Shown here: positions 49,209-58,205 of the stretch, one piece after another | Layout of the letters: each line of letters starts with the position of its first letter | Position numbering within the stretch: position 1 is the first letter of the stretch | Assembly (NCBI GenBank): GCA_963674865.2 | Contig: CAXXYE010000009.1 | Coordinates: 1,664,001 to 1,728,000 of the forward strand | Reading direction: 5' to 3' | Length of the DNA stretch: 64,000 nt | DNA from: Candidatus Hydrogenedentota bacterium | GTDB lineage: Bacteria > Hydrogenedentota > Hydrogenedentia > Hydrogenedentales > SLHB01 | The notes under the pieces: model-generated | Told to the model about the DNA's origin: nothing | Seen by the model: the letters and a program-made list of their open reading frames with translations, nothing else | The model's database searches: none | Program-made: the position numbers and the translations under genes

Positions 49209-52200
49209 TTACGCGACGGCCCCAGTGTCGCCGCCGGCGCATTCCGCTGAGGCAGGACACTCCTCGCAACGCGAGCCGCTCCCGGTTTCCTCGAGGCGCT
49301 GCTGGTAGCGCTCCAACGCGTAGGCGATAGTTTCCACCCGAACCTGGATCGAGCCCGCCGGACGATTCTCGTCGATATCCCTGAAATGGAAGAATGGCGC
49401 GCCCGCGCTCTCGACAATTTCCTCGACAGTGGCGTACAGCGGTGCATCATGGCCGCACTTGAAACTGGATAATTCGAGCGCCGCCAGGTTCGGATGGCGC
49501 GCGACGAACTTTGCGGCCCACAGCTTCCGGGAACTGTTCTCGCAATAGCTGTTCTTCCACACATCGTCAACGCTCAAGGCGTCGTCGAGGAGGCCCGCCG
49601 CGACTTCAGGGCCGAAGAGGCGCTCGAGCGTTTCGGCATCGGTGGGCAGGCTATTCTGCGTGAGGATGGGATAACCGAGCTTCTGAATGGCCTCACAAAT
49701 GCCGTGATTGACGCCGGCGTCGAGATGGTACGGACGCCCGAGCAGAACGATGGCCACCCGGCGCTCTGACTCGACCCGCCGGAGTATGACGCTTGCCTCA
49801 CGTTGACGGGCGGCCGTGAAGGCACGCAGCGCGCCGAGGCCCGCGTCGACGGCGTGAGATGTCTCGTCCTCGGCTAGACGGAGGTCATCACGCCAATCGG
49901 CCAGCAACTGCTGCGCGCAGAGGGCCGGCCGATCCAGGCTGAGAAACGTCTTCTTGAACACAATGCCTTTCTCGGCAAGAAGGTCGCCTTCTCGCCGGAA
50001 CGCGGCGCGGACGGCTTCCGGCGCGGCCGTGCTCGCCGGGCAAGCCCTTCCGGCGAGGGTGTTGGACATTCGCCGCGGTAGGCTTTCGACCATAGGGAAA
50101 AAGATGTGCGTCAACGGCGTGCCGGGCGCGTGTCTGTGATAGACGAGATTATGAACATGCGGAATCGCGAGCTTGCAAGGATAGCATGGATCGATGCTCC
50201 CCCATTTTGCCCCTTCCTTGAAAAGCTCTTCGCTCGTAGGCTCGGACCACACGATGTCGTCCGCGGGGACGCCAAGGCTCTGGAAGAATCCCATGAAAAA
50301 GGGAGCGAGGGAGTACATGTTCAGCGCACGCGGCATGCCGATGCGGAGCGATGTGCGCCGCCGCATCGCCTCGTCGTAGCGCGCTCGTGAACGGCCCGCG
50401 TGAAAGAATTGGCGCCGTCCCTTCAACTGGGACGACGGCATGGGAACGTCAACCGGCTTGAACGCCTCCCGCATGCTAGTCTCGGCCAGGCTGGGATTGG
50501 CCGCCTTGACGGCGTCCAGCTTGCGCGTGACTTCGCGTGCGGCGTCCGCATTCTGCGCGGCGCCACGCTCGCACGGGGCGACGATGAACCGCCGCGTCGC
50601 GCCCAAAACCTCCACGTCCACAAACGTGCGCAGGCACCGATTCCGGCAGAGGCGGCATCGCGTGTCCTCGTCGCGGGTGGTGTGGTAGCTCATATTCTCG
50701 ACGGCGTCGAAGCCGATAAATGAGGTGGCCGCATTCTCCCCTGCGAACCGGCGGCGGACTTCCATGGCGCAGCCGATGGCCCCGGCCACGGCGCAGTGCC
50801 GATGGACAACGATTTCGGGGCGCTCGGAGGCGGAGTGGAAGCGGCTGTTGATGAAGTCTACCTGTGCCTTAACGGCCGCCATGTTGCGCTGCGTGCCGCC
50901 CTGAAGAATGAAGGTTCTTCCGAGCCGCGCCAGATTAGGCATCTTGCACACGTAAAGCCAGATGTTCTTAGGCAGGACGGCGGCGAGCCCGGCCAAGATC
51001 TCGTGTGGGCGCCAGCCTTGCCGCTGGAAGTTCACCACATCCGATTGCATGAAAACCGCGCAGCCATAGCTGAACTCAGGCATCGCGCGCGCGCTGAAGG
51101 CGGCGTGGGCGTAGTCCTCGACGGCATAGCCGAGGGCCGAGGCCGTGGACTGCAGGTAGTACCCATTCCCCGCCGAGCACTGCGTGTTGAGTTTGAAATC
51201 TTTCACCGTGCCATCGTTGAGGATGATCACCTTGATGTCTTGCCCGCCAACATCGCAGATGACATCGGCCTCGGGATAATCGTGCAGCCCGCTCTGGGCA
51301 TGGGCGACGGTTTCGACAAGCGCGAGATCCGCGCCAATAGCATCCTTTAGCATGTCTTTCGCGTAGCCTGTCACGGCGGCGCCCCGCACGCATACCTGGG
51401 CGCCTTGGCATTCCACCTGCTGAACAAGCGAGCCCAAGACCTCCCGTGTGTCATTGATCGGATTGCCGTTGGACAGCCGGTACGCTTTGGCCAACACGTT
51501 CTCGTCCGCGTCGATGAGCACGGCCTTCGTACTCGTCGAGCCGGCGTCGACGCCAACGAATGCCTCGACCCGCTGCCCGGCGCGCAAGGCCGGAGGGCCC
51601 CATGCGGCTGGAGCATAACGGGCCTCAAATTCCGCCGCCTCGGCGTCGCTGGCCACAAGTCCGGGCAGGGCGCCCGTGTCGCGCCTTGCCTTCCGTAGGG
51701 CGTCGAGCCGGTGGCGTAGCGGATGGGCTCCGATGAACAGGGCCTGAGAGGAGTAGTTGTCGGCTTCGCGCTTGCCGTACTCCACCGCGCCGAGGGCCGC
51801 GAAGAAATGGGCGTGTCGCGGCACGCGTATGAGTTCGTCAACCGACGCATCCGCGGGAATAGAAACGCCCCGCTCGGCCCAGATTCTTGGGATGTGCTCC
51901 CGCCAGCACTCGCGAAGGCCGCGGATAAAATGGTTTGGCCCTCCGAGGAGAAGTACCACCGGGCGGAGCGTGTGCCCGCGCGTCAAGACGCTCAGATTTT
52001 GCTGCACGATGGACTCGAACAGCGAGGCCATGAGTTCATCGGCCGGGACGCCCTGCTTCTGCAGGCTGTTGACATCCGTCTCCGCGAAGACGCCGCACTT
52101 GCCCGCTACGGGATGGCGTTTGACGCCGGTGTACCGCATGAGAGGCAGGCGATGCTGCGGCACGCCCAGCTTGGCCGCGATGCGATCAATGACGGAGCCC

Positions 52201-52646
52201 GTGCCGCCGGCGCACTTATCGTTCATCGAGGGCGTCTTCTTGCGTTTTCCCGTGGCCGGATCCGTGGTGTAGACGATGATCTTGGCGTCCTGCCCGCCCA
52301 GTTCGATCACGCTTTGGGCGTCGGGGTGAAAGCGTTCGACGGCGAGGGCGACGGCGTTGACCTCCTGCACAAACCGCCCGCCAAGCGCGTCGCTGATCAA
52401 TGCGCCCCCCGACCCCGTGACGTAGACGCGCAATGGCCCGCCCTGGGCGCCCCGGCAGGCTGTCTCGATGCGGGCGAGGAAATCAAGCGCCATATCATGC
52501 TGCCGCGCCTCGTGGCGGCGGTAGTCACTCCAAACGATGGCATCGGTTCGCGGATCCACGGCCACCGCCTTGACGGTGGAACTGCCCACGTCGAGGCCTA
52601 CTATCCACCCGTCCCCGGAACGCGCTCTACCAGGAGTCTGCTTCAT
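49209..52646 (-). CDS. Acyl-CoA dehydratase activase-like protein (two ASKHA BcrAD/BadFG ATPase domains plus DUF2229-like region)
   Basis: GLDVGSSTVK / GVDAGSTSTK, ELGGQDAK / DVGGQD, NDKCAGGTG / NTQCSAGNG, CGVFAE / CAVFMQ, IGMPRAL, CYPCK, LLGRPYH, SFKCGHD. Confidence 0.9.
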   Translation of the reverse strand: MKQTPGRARSGDGWIVGLDVGSSTVKAVAVDPRTDAIVWSDYRRHEARQHDMALDFLARIETACRGAQGGPLRVYVTGSGGALISDALGGRFVQEVNAVALAVERFHPDAQSVIELGGQDAKIIVYTTDPATGKRKKTPSMNDKCAGGTGSVIDRIAAKLGVPQHRLPLMRYTGVKRHPVAGKCGVFAETDVNSLQKQGVPADELMASLFESIVQQNLSVLTRGHTLRPVVLLLGGPNHFIRGLRECWREHIPRIWAERGVSIPADASVDELIRVPRHAHFFAALGAVEYGKREADNYSSQALFIGAHPLRHRLDALRKARRDTGALPGLVASDAEAAEFEARYAPAAWGPPALRAGQRVEAFVGVDAGSTSTKAVLIDADENVLAKAYRLSNGNPINDTREVLGSLVQQVECQGAQVCVRGAAVTGYAKDMLKDAIGADLALVETVAHAQSGLHDYPEADVICDVGGQDIKVIILNDGTVKDFKLNTQCSAGNGYYLQSTASALGYAVEDYAHAAFSARAMPEFSYGCAVFMQSDVVNFQRQGWRPHEILAGLAAVLPKNIWLYVCKMPNLARLGRTFILQGGTQRNMAAVKAQVDFINSRFHSASERPEIVVHRHCAVAGAIGCAMEVRRRFAGENAATSFIGFDAVENMSYHTTRDEDTRCRLCRNRCLRTFVDVEVLGATRRFIVAPCERGAAQNADAAREVTRKLDAVKAANPSLAETSMREAFKPVDVPMPSSQLKGRRQFFHAGRSRARYDEAMRRRTSLRIGMPRALNMYSLAPFFMGFFQSLGVPADDIVWSEPTSEELFKEGAKWGSIDPCYPCKLAIPHVHNLVYHRHAPGTPLTHIFFPMVESLPRRMSNTLAGRACPASTAAPEAVRAAFRREGDLLAEKGIVFKKTFLSLDRPALCAQQLLADWRDDLRLAEDETSHAVDAGLGALRAFTAARQREASVILRRVESERRVAIVLLGRPYHLDAGVNHGICEAIQKLGYPILTQNSLPTDAETLERLFGPEVAAGLLDDALSVDDVWKNSYCENSSRKLWAAKFVARHPNLAALELSSFKCGHDAPLYATVEEIVESAGAPFFHFRDIDENRPAGSIQVRVETIAYALERYQQRLEETGSGSRCEECPASAECAGGDTGAVA

Positions 52647-52761
52647 GCCGCTCTTAACCTAACGTCACGCGTTATAACCATCATCCCATCCCGGGCCACT
52701 GTCTAGAGAAACAACTAACACCAGCCCGCCCCAAGGTGCGAGAAGACCTCTCCGCCCGGCC

Positions 52762-54577
52762 CTACTCTCGGCTGATCAACGTCCCCGTATCGGCGGAATA
52801 CCTGGCACGTCCCCGGCCCCGCGTATCCCACGGCCCCCACGGATCGTCGACCGCCTTGGCCTGCTTCAGCGCCTCCGCGACCCACCCGCTCACCGTCTCG
52901 ACGGCCTCATCCAAAGGCAGACGCCCCGCCTCATCGGTGTCGCGGCGCTTCCACTCCACCTCACCATTCTTCAGGTGACGCTCGCCGACCGTCACCCTGA
53001 ACGGCGCTCCCAGCAGGTCGGCCTCGGCGAACTGCACGCCCGCCCGCAGATCGCGATCATCATAGATAACCTCGACGCCCCTCTCTTCGAGTCCCGCGTA
53101 CAAGGCGTCGGCGGCCCCCCGCACGCCCGGCGCCTCCCGCTTGATCGCGCACAGATGAACCTGCCACGGCGCCACCGATATAGGCCACTTGGGCCCATGC
53201 TCATCGTGGTGGACCTCCATGATCGAACTCACCAGCCTGCCGATGCCGATGCCATAGCAGCCCATGGCGGGAACACGCGTCGCCCCCGTCTCGTCCGTAA
53301 AGGTCATCTGCATGGCGGACGTGTACTTCTTGCCCAGTTGGAATACGCTCCCGAGCTGGATGCCTCGCCGGACGTGGAGGAGGCCATCGCAAATCGGACA
53401 GCGATCCAAATCCCGTACCTTGGCTAGGTTATGCGTGTTGGCGTTTGGGAGGTCCCGTGCAAGGTTGAAGTTCTTCAGGTGGTGATCTACCTCATTCGCC
53501 CCGCACACCAGGTTGTTCGATGTCGCGACGGATTCGTCCACGAGGATCCTGCACGCCGCGTGGTCGAGTCCTATCGGCGTCGCGAAGCCGGGCACCGCCC
53601 CCGCGCCGCGGATGCGCTCCTCCGAGGCCGGCGCCGGGTGGATCTGGATGAGCCGCGCCAGGCCGACTTCGTTCACTTCGAGGTCGCCGCGAATGAGGAC
53701 GACAACGAGCTTACCGTCCTTATCGCGATCATAGAAACAGACCTTGGCCGTGCGTGAAGGCTCAACGTCGAGGAAGCCTGCCAGTGCATCGATGCTCTTC
53801 GTCCCCGGCGTATGTACCTTTTCGAGAGGCAGCGGGGCCTCCTCATAGGATTCGACGCGGCCTTTGGCTACATCGAGCCCGGCCCCATACGAACACGTAT
53901 CGCACAACGCCACCTGATCTTCCCCCGCGTCCGACAACAAGACAAACTCGTGCGATATCAGGCCCCCCATGATCCCCTCATCCGAGGGCACCGGCGCCAC
54001 GTCTTCGAGTCCAACCCGCGCGAAGACGCGCTGGTAGACTTTGATCCATTCCTCGTAGTACGCGCGCAAGTCGTCCAGCGAAGCGTGAAACGAGTAGGCG
54101 TCATTCATCGTGAACTCGCGCACCCCGCAAGAGGCCTCCACGGGATCTCGGTACATCGCGGAATGTCGTCTGGAACTGATAGATCATGAACGGCAATTGC
54201 TGGTAGCTGCTCACTTCGCCCCGGCACAATTCAACCGCCGCCTCTTCATGCGTCATCGCCAGCACCATGTCGTGCCCGGTGCGATCCGCGAAACTAATCA
54301 ATTCCGGGCCGAGTTCCGCATAGCGGCCCGACGCTTCCCAAAGCTCACGAGGCTGCACCAGCGGCAGGAGAACCTCCTGTCCACCGATGCGCTCCAGTTC
54401 CTCCCGGACGATATCCTTCACCTTGCGGGCCACGCGCCAGCCCGCCGGCAGCAGCGAGTAGATGCCGTTCGCCACTTGGCGGGCGTATCCGCCGCGGAGC
54501 AGAAACGCGTGGCTCGCCAGCGTCGCTTCCGCGGGGTGTTCCTTGTAACGGGTGCCGACAAGTCCGCTCAAACGCAT
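52762..54577 (-). pseudogene. proS: Prolyl-tRNA synthetase (bacterial type with INS editing domain), +1 frameshift at ~54123-54126 and altered catalytic motifs
   Basis: N-part SHAFLLRGGY, QEVLLP, LWEASGR, MTHEE, FRDVPRSRGGLLR. C-part VREFTMNDAYSFH, INS GANEVDHH, FQLGKKY, MGCYGIGIGR, YDDR..AG.QFAEADLLG. One extra G in CGGGGTG breaks the frame. Confidence 0.88.
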
Positions 54578-54712
54578 TAAGATGTACCTCCCTCGAAGCA
54601 AAGAAGTCGTATTGAAGGCCTTGGATGAAACGAAGCAAGTCTACACCTGGCTACACCCGCGCGCAAAGAGATACGGGCGCGGTGTGGCGATTTGGTAAGC
54701 GTATGCACGCCC

Positions 54713-55123
54713 TCAGTCCAGCACACAGTCTCGGCCGGTGATCTGGCAGCTCTTCTCCGTGTACTGATGAAGCTCGATCCGCACGCCGCTGGGATCCGTT
54801 ACCCAGCACTGCCAACTTGCATCACCTCCGAGCGCCTTCGCCGTAGCATCGTATCCATAGGCCGCCAGTTGGCCGCGCGCCTCCTCGATATCCTTCACTT
54901 CCAGGCAGAAGTGGCGGATCGGACATCGCGCGTTCACGTCCACCTCATCCTGCAAGAATACTTCAACGAAGTTGCTCTCCGCCGCCCTCAGGTAGAATCC
55001 CACGACCTCCCCCGCGCGGATGAAGTTGAAAACCTTCTCCAATCCCAGCCCCGAGCAGTAGAATCGCTCCGTCGCGGCCAGGTCCGTCGCCCCAATGCAC
55101 ACGTGCGCCAACGCTTTCAGCAT
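54713..55123 (-). CDS. VOC/glyoxalase family protein
   Basis: LAHVCI, FVEVF, RHFCLEV, DPSGVRIEL. Confidence 0.9.
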   Translation of the reverse strand: MLKALAHVCIGATDLAATERFYCSGLGLEKVFNFIRAGEVVGFYLRAAESNFVEVFLQDEVDVNARCPIRHFCLEVKDIEEARGQLAAYGYDATAKALGGDASWQCWVTDPSGVRIELHQYTEKSCQITGRDCVLD

Positions 55124-55169
55124 GCCCTTACGCTCCCTTCCCGTTTCAGCGTAGTCGGCCCGAGCCGGC

Positions 55170-56546
55170 TCAATAGGCCGCCGGACACAGGCCGTTCAGG
55201 TACTCCTCCAGGTTCGTGTAGCCGTCCCCGTCGAGGTCGCCGTTGCCGTCGCCCGGGTCGTGCGCGTCAAGCCCTTGCCCTTCCTCCCAAGTGTCCGGCA
55301 TGCCGTCGCCATCCGAGTCCGCGGGGGCCGGAGCCGCCTCCAACTCAGGCCATCCGCCTACTTCCGCCTGTGAATCGATCAGCTTGCCCGTGCGGGCGCG
55401 GATGTCGCGGATGACACGCTCATCGACCGCGTCCCGCACCAACGAAGCCCCTGCCTTGGCCAGAACCAGTTCATAGGTGCCCTGTGCCGACTGCGTGCGC
55501 GGCGCATTCGGGCCGAGTTCATACGGCTTGTCCGCGCGCCAATCGGCGAGGGTGCCCGCGTACTTATACTTTGAGTCCGGCCCGAGCCAACGCTCGAAAT
55601 CCAGCGCGGCGTAATTGTCCTTCGTGAGATCCTCCCGGCCCTCGAATAGGTTGCCGCTCATGTGACCGCGCGCCTTGTCCGGCAGACTGGCCTTCATCGC
55701 GACCGGTTTTCCCGCTACATCCGTCTCAGGCCCCGGGCGGAAGTAGTTGTTGATCATGTTGACCCGGTTGTCGCAGACATTCGCAGCGCCGCGCCAGTTG
55801 TAGATGACGTTATTGCGGAAATCGATGACCCACTCCGGCTCAGGATCACCGCCGCCAATCGTGGGATGTCGGTCGCGGCTGGTAGCGAAGATATTGTGAT
55901 GGATGGTGGTGTTGCTCCGCGGCGCCCGGAAGGAGCCGCACATGGCATGGGGGCCCTTGGGGTGAATGCTGTCATTAAGTGCTTCGCTCATGATGCACCA
56001 TTGCATCGTGTAGTACCTGCAGCCCCGCGTATCCTGGTTGCCGTCAATGCCCCAACTCAGAGAGAGGTGGTCCAGCATGATATGGTCGCAGTCATCGACT
56101 GTGATGACATCCGGGCCGCAGGGCGGCTTGTTCTGATCGCCCAACCGGATGCGCAGATAGCGAATCACGATGTTTGACGCGTTCTTAAGGTGAAGATGAT
56201 GATCCCGCAGCGTGATCCCGTCGCCCGGCGCCGTCTGGCCCGCGATAGTCAGCCTGGACACGCCCTCCAACCGCAGCGGCGATGCCAGCATGATCGTCCC
56301 GGAAACATCGAACACGATGGTTCGCGGCCCCTCCGCCGACGCGATCCCCTCGCGAAGCGAACCTGCCCCCGCGTCATTCAGGTTTGTCACGTGGTACACG
56401 TCGCCCCCGCGGCCCCCCTTCGCGAACCTGCCGTATCCTTCCGCCCCAGGGAATGCCGGGACGGCGTCGCCCTGCTCCGCCCTTGCGGCGACGATGCAAA
56501 TGGCCAAAAGAATTGCCTGAAGAGCGCGTCTACAAAGTGCCGACAC
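55170..56546 (-). CDS. Secreted pectate lyase (PL1-like) with C-terminal Ca-binding DxDxDG repeats
   Basis: AFPGAEGYG, GGRGG, VTNLND, IAGQTAPGDG, LDHLSLSW, RHP, DSDGDGMPD, DGDGYTNLEEYLN. Start uncertain. Confidence 0.9.
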   Translation of the reverse strand: MSALCRRALQAILLAICIVAARAEQGDAVPAFPGAEGYGRFAKGGRGGDVYHVTNLNDAGAGSLREGIASAEGPRTIVFDVSGTIMLASPLRLEGVSRLTIAGQTAPGDGITLRDHHLHLKNASNIVIRYLRIRLGDQNKPPCGPDVITVDDCDHIMLDHLSLSWGIDGNQDTRGCRYYTMQWCIMSEALNDSIHPKGPHAMCGSFRAPRSNTTIHHNIFATSRDRHPTIGGGDPEPEWVIDFRNNVIYNWRGAANVCDNRVNMINNYFRPGPETDVAGKPVAMKASLPDKARGHMSGNLFEGREDLTKDNYAALDFERWLGPDSKYKYAGTLADWRADKPYELGPNAPRTQSAQGTYELVLAKAGASLVRDAVDERVIRDIRARTGKLIDSQAEVGGWPELEAAPAPADSDGDGMPDTWEEGQGLDAHDPGDGNGDLDGDGYTNLEEYLNGLCPAAY

Positions 56547-56678
56547 AGGCCCACACTCCCTTCTTGCTACCGATGTATTCCTAGGACTATCGGGCGCCGC
56601 CACCAAGCCACTTGTCAGTTTATGTCGGGCCCGTTAGAATCGCAAACAGGCTTCACAATCACCGGAAGGGACGGCATC

Positions 56679-57218
56679 ATGTCCAGGAACATCGGCGCGG
56701 GGCGCATCGAAGTTGTGCAAGGGGACATCACCAAAGAGGCGGTTGATGCCATCGTCAACGCGGCCAACAAGTCGCTTCTGGGGGGCGGGGGAGTGGACGG
56801 CGCCATCCACCGGGCCGGCGGCCCGGCGATCCTCGCCGAATGCACGAAGCTCGGCGGCTGCGAAACCGGCGATGCCAAGATCACCACGGGGGGGGACCTC
56901 CCCGCGCGATACGTCATCCACACCGTCGGCCCCGTCTACCGCGACGGCAACCACGGCGAACCGGAGAAACTCGCCGCCTGCCATCGCCGCAGCCTTGAGG
57001 TCGCCCTCGAAAACGGTGTGAAGACTGTCGCTTTCCCAGCTATCAGTTGCGGCGTCTACGGCTATCCCATCCCCGACGCGGCCAAGATTGCCGTCGGCGC
57101 CGTCGCCGAGTTTCTCAAGGCTCACGAAGGCATCGATCTCGTTCGCTTCGTCCTTTTCACTCGCGATGTCTTCGACGATTTCGCAGACGCGCTCGAGTCC
57201 CTGCCAACGGCTGACTGA
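56679..57218 (+). CDS. ymdB: Macrodomain O-acetyl-ADP-ribose deacetylase/ADP-ribosylhydrolase
   Basis: GDIT, AIVNAAN, GGGGVDGAIH, VIHTVGP, AFPAISCGVYGYP. Confidence 0.93.
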   Translation: MSRNIGAGRIEVVQGDITKEAVDAIVNAANKSLLGGGGVDGAIHRAGGPAILAECTKLGGCETGDAKITTGGDLPARYVIHTVGPVYRDGNHGEPEKLAACHRRSLEVALENGVKTVAFPAISCGVYGYPIPDAAKIAVGAVAEFLKAHEGIDLVRFVLFTRDVFDDFADALESLPTAD

Positions 57219-57345
57219 CCCCTCGGCTCACGCACGCCTTGGACGCCGCCTTGTCTCTTCTCCGCCGCCGCCGGTACTCTTTCCTGGTGTCGCCGCCTAC
57301 TTCCCACCACCCGCGCCGTGTTTGGATTTCCAGCTTTAGCCGGCG

Positions 57346-58170
57346 TTAGAAAACGTGTTTCAGGACGAGGTGGATAAGGTTGATGTCCAAGACGAGCTGC
57401 ATCCCGGCGAGGAACGTGAGAACCAGGATCACCCTATTGAACAGGCTTTCGGATACGCGGTGATGCATCCATTTCCCGAGGAAGGAGCCAATGGGCACGA
57501 GCCAGACGAGCGTGAGGTCGAATAGAAGGACGTCGCGCTGGATCAGGCCCACGGAGATGTAGAAGGGCAGCTTGGTGAGGTTGATGAGCGTAAACGTCCA
57601 GGCGACGGTGCCCACGAATAACGTCTTGCCCAAGTCCTGGGCGAAAAGGTAGAGATTGACGATGGGGCCCGCGGCGTGGGCAATCGTGGAAGTGAAACCA
57701 CCGGCGAGGCCCGCCAGGATGGCGGCGCGGGGGCCCGGCTTGACACGCTCGACCCACTGCATGGCGGCCTCTTTCCCCACGATGTACAGGGCGAACAGCA
57801 CGGCGATCACGCCCACAAACCGGCGGATTGGCCCCTCGAACTGCTGCACGCCCTCGCGTCCGACCCACCACCAGACGGCGGCCCCGGCGAGGATGCCTCC
57901 GATGGCCGGGATATAGATCTCGAAGACTTTCCGCCAGACGCAATTGTGCCAGTGGTGGTAGATAGCGTTCATATCGCAAAGGATCAGCAGGGGCAGGAGG
58001 GTGGCCGCGACCTTCGGCACGGGCATCACCAGCATCATCAGCGGCAGCGAGAGTATCCCCGCTCCGCCCGCGAAACCGGACTTGCTGATCCCCTGGATGA
58101 CGATGGCCGCCCCCACGAACAGCCAGAAGACGGACGGCGGGATTCCCTCGCCCATGAATTCGTGAAACAT
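57346..58170 (-). CDS. TauE/SafE (TSUP) family membrane transporter
   Basis: GISKSGFAGG, LLPLL, GFTSTIAHAAGP, NLTKLPFY; about 8 TM helices. Confidence 0.88.
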   Translation of the reverse strand: MFHEFMGEGIPPSVFWLFVGAAIVIQGISKSGFAGGAGILSLPLMMLVMPVPKVAATLLPLLILCDMNAIYHHWHNCVWRKVFEIYIPAIGGILAGAAVWWWVGREGVQQFEGPIRRFVGVIAVLFALYIVGKEAAMQWVERVKPGPRAAILAGLAGGFTSTIAHAAGPIVNLYLFAQDLGKTLFVGTVAWTFTLINLTKLPFYISVGLIQRDVLLFDLTLVWLVPIGSFLGKWMHHRVSESLFNRVILVLTFLAGMQLVLDINLIHLVLKHVF

Positions 58171-58205
58171 CTGCGTCCTTTCAGGAATCTGGTGAGGGAC
58201 CGCGT

